This document shows positions 63,001 to 64,000 of a stretch of 64,000 bases of DNA, piece by piece. The translations under genes and the position numbers were made by a program. The stretch lies in assembly GCA_030614715.1 (NCBI GenBank), contig JAUWTM010000003.1:13763-77762 (forward strand), read 5' to 3'. The notes below the pieces were generated by a model that was given only the letters and a program-made list of their open reading frames with translations, made no database searches and was not told the origin of the DNA. Within the stretch, counting starts at the first letter, position 1. The number at the start of each line of letters is the position of its first letter. Source of the DNA: Planctomycetota bacterium. GTDB lineage: Bacteria > JAJVIF01 > JAPKYR01.

Positions 63001-63189
63001 GCGTTAATGCTAGGCGGGGTCAAGACTGAGATCGTTGCATTGCCGTGGCACTGGGGCTACGCAGGCCTCAGGTGGGGTGGAGACGAGAACCTGAACTACT
63101 CCGCCAACCTGCTTACGGCAAACGTCGGTGACTGCAACACGATGATACCTGAATACAAGGTTTTCCTGTGCGATATTCAAAAGACTTAG
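60082..63189 (+). CDS. fdnG: Formate dehydrogenase catalytic (alpha) subunit, FdnG-like, Tat-exported, cysteine-type
   Basis: Tat leader MKLSRRDLLKLIGLTAAGTAVGTQPAHA. FS0 CPYCAVGCG. The active-site block HQARICHSSTVGALGSSFGRGAMTNHW has Cys (TGC 60658-60660) where Sec enzymes have TGA. I prefer the start at 60082 (AAGGGTGA RBS); 60058 is possible. Confidence 0.85.
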   Translation: MKLSRRDLLKLIGLTAAGTAVGTQPAHAADHPSPHDPPPMKTEGATKTYSVCPYCAVGCGIDVYVKDGVVIGAEGNPDHPINQGALCPKGQALASIAAHRNPRRLDKVRYRPAGGTDWQDISMDEALDRIAGLIKETRDRTFVQRDSNGVTVNHTEAIASLGGASLDNEECYTIHKFVRALGINYFEHQARICHSSTVGALGSSFGRGAMTNHWTDMGNSDCFFIIGSNAAQNHPMAFKWITHAQETRGAKLLVADPRFTTSAGSADLFVRFRPGTDIAIIGGMINYVLGNNLQHTDYVKLMSDGPFLVKEDFEFDPNTGIFSGYDESNRKYATGSWDYQRGEDGKALRDPTMRDPNCVYQHLKRHYSRYTPEKVSEISGIPVDTFVQLASMYAEHGGTSTKNGSILYAMGSTQHTVGVAYIRSYVILQLLLGNMGVAGGGINALRGESNVQGSTDMAMLFHIIPGYMACPVAASHPNLQAYIEKETPQYGYWANKPKFLVSLLKAFWGEYATPERDFCFDFLPKRSPGTEGHGHSWIALFEAMHAGTIEGLLVWGQNPMVGGPNTNFTGEALDNLKWMVAADLWETETSIFWKRPGANPADIQTEVFLIPAASSFEKEGSITNSGRWIQWRYAAVPPPGEAKADLWVLDQYVRRLQALYNAEGGPVKEAITKLNWDYTPEGEHEPSAHRVAMEINGYYTETSPRHGDQVENFTKLTADGTTASGNWIMSGFYPDPETNHAERHDNSDPSGLLIFPNWTYAWPVNRHVIYNRCAADERGQPWDPARPLVSFNPAFADADPAERASWQTEWTFNDVPDFSKTAHPRASIAAPFIMPNDQHGYMFVPKGKTKGGPFPEHYEPFETPLAINPVHPGANRMIDNPVIVLWQDAMDTRAETGSAEFPIVGTTHRQIEHWLSGAMTRNLEPLCELAPEMHVEMSPELAEAKGIKAGDWVRVVSGRGNVLARANVTRRMEALMLGGVKTEIVALPWHWGYAGLRWGGDENLNYSANLLTANVGDCNTMIPEYKVFLCDIQKT

Positions 63190-63239
63190 TGAAAAACCGA
63201 TGACATTGTGACCGAGTGACAATGGCAAAGGAGACCTAG

Positions 63240-64000
63240 ATGTCAACATACGCAATGCTAAACGACCTGACGAAGTGCATCGGATGCCGTGCATGTCAGG
63301 TGGCCTGCAAGGAATGGAACGACCTGGAGTATCACAGGACGTATTTCACGAACACGCGTGATAATCCACCCAAGCTGGAAGCGGCAACATATAACAGGCT
63401 CGAGTACAATTACCTTCCGGATACAGATCCCGCATTGCCGCAACGCTGGTACTACCGGCGTCACATGTGCCTGCATTGCGAGGATCCGGCTTGCGTGGCT
63501 GCCTGCCCGGTGGAAGCCTTCGTTAAGACCGAGGAAGGTGCGGTTGTATACGACGAGTGGAAATGTATAGGCTGCCGCTACTGCATGCTGGCCTGCCCGT
63601 TCACTATCCCTAAGTACGAATGGAAATCCTGGAATCCCGCGGTAACTAAGTGCACGTTCTGTTTCGACAGGATCGGTGCCGGTGAGGAGCCCGCATGTTC
63701 GAAGGTCTGCCTGACGGACGCGGTGATCTTCGGTAACCGGGAAGATATTATTGCCGATGCCCATGCACGAATTGCCGCAGCACCGGACAGGTACCAGGAT
63801 ACCGTGTACGGCGAGAAAGCCGTCGGTGGGACAGCTGTAATGTTCCTGTCGACCAAAGATATAACGCTCGATGATTTCGGGTTCCGTACTGACCTGGGCG
63901 AGGCTTCGTACCCGTCATACTCATGGGCATCGCTATCCAAGGTGCCATACGTTGCGGTTATCGTCGCAGCCCTGATGAGTGTCATTTACTTTATTACACA
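63240..64000 (+). CDS. fdnH: Formate dehydrogenase Fe-S (beta) subunit, FdnH/HybA-like, 3' end outside window
   Basis: This ORF is not in the ORF track because it runs off the window. My own translation from ATG 63240 (AAAGGAGA RBS) is MSTYAMLNDLTKCIGCRACQVACKEWN..CLHCEDPACVAACP..CIGCRYCMLACP..CTFCFDRIGAGEEPACSKVC.., ending in a hydrophobic VPYVAVIVAALMSVIYFI segment. Confidence 0.85.
   Translation, partial: MSTYAMLNDLTKCIGCRACQVACKEWNDLEYHRTYFTNTRDNPPKLEAATYNRLEYNYLPDTDPALPQRWYYRRHMCLHCEDPACVAACPVEAFVKTEEGAVVYDEWKCIGCRYCMLACPFTIPKYEWKSWNPAVTKCTFCFDRIGAGEEPACSKVCLTDAVIFGNREDIIADAHARIAAAPDRYQDTVYGEKAVGGTAVMFLSTKDITLDDFGFRTDLGEASYPSYSWASLSKVPYVAVIVAALMSVIYFIT

Noticed and set aside
60058-63189. 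Selenocysteine recoding or a split FDH alpha gene.
   Set aside because: The frame is continuous, with TGC at the catalytic position. There is no in-frame TGA and no SECIS-like requirement.
63258-63764. Track ORFs 63258-63764 (-, 168 aa), 63289-63570 (+, 93 aa) and 63578-63985 (-, 135 aa).
   Set aside because: They are wrong frames or the wrong strand over the real FdnH-like gene. That gene starts at ATG 63240 and runs off the window, so it is missing from the track. My manual translation of that frame gives four canonical Cys clusters.

Overview
Gene-dense, high-GC bacterial chromosome segment. My single-line spot counts gave 52-62% GC in the backbone. The gene content looks like that of a strictly anaerobic degrader of aromatic compounds.

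Contents in order:
(i) 0-9 kb, + strand: a tungsten-type aldehyde:ferredoxin oxidoreductase with Fe-S and flavoprotein partners. It is followed by a CoA-ester lower-pathway set: a MenB/BadI-like crotonase carrying a C-terminal zinc ribbon, a Zn-ADH, an SDR, a second crotonase and a thiolase.
(ii) 9.0-12.6 kb: an AT-rich three-gene cassette of unknown function, encoding a 2-TM protein with a PLD-like-fold tail, an HD-domain protein and a DUF89-type phosphatase.
(iii) 12.6-20.5 kb, - strand: an 845-aa multi-domain Fe-S flavoprotein, a ferredoxin, a four-subunit ATP-dependent benzoyl-CoA-reductase-like module in bzd order N-O-P-Q-M, and a PaaI thioesterase.
(iv) 20.5-23.5 kb: an AT-rich two-gene SIR2-HerA anti-phage island.
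(v) 23.5-57.9 kb: one uninterrupted minus-strand block. It holds a beta-oxidation pair and a Mo/W-bisPGD oxidoreductase + FeS + NrfD complex with no Tat signal, hence presumably cytoplasm-facing. Next come an ATP-citrate-lyase / aconitase-family / IDH / 2-oxoacid:ferredoxin oxidoreductase cluster, CoA-transferases and an ADP-forming acyl-CoA synthetase. The block ends with an 8.7-kb tungstate-uptake (tupABC) plus molybdopterin-cofactor operon whose last gene is an unusual MobB-like::ModE-HTH fusion.
(vi) 58-64 kb, + strand: a small Cys-rich protein, tatAC, and a Tat-exported Cys-type formate dehydrogenase.

I recognised no rRNA, tRNA, CRISPR array, transposase or integrase.

Most interesting:
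- the uncharacterised three-gene cassette at 9.0-12.6 kb;
- the SIR2-HerA island;
- a recurring TGTGA-N6-TCAC(A/T/C) operator motif, three phased copies at 58.06-58.12 kb plus copies at 59.82 kb and 43.39 kb;
- several unusual domain fusions.

All functional calls rest on motif and architecture recognition by eye. No database search was run.
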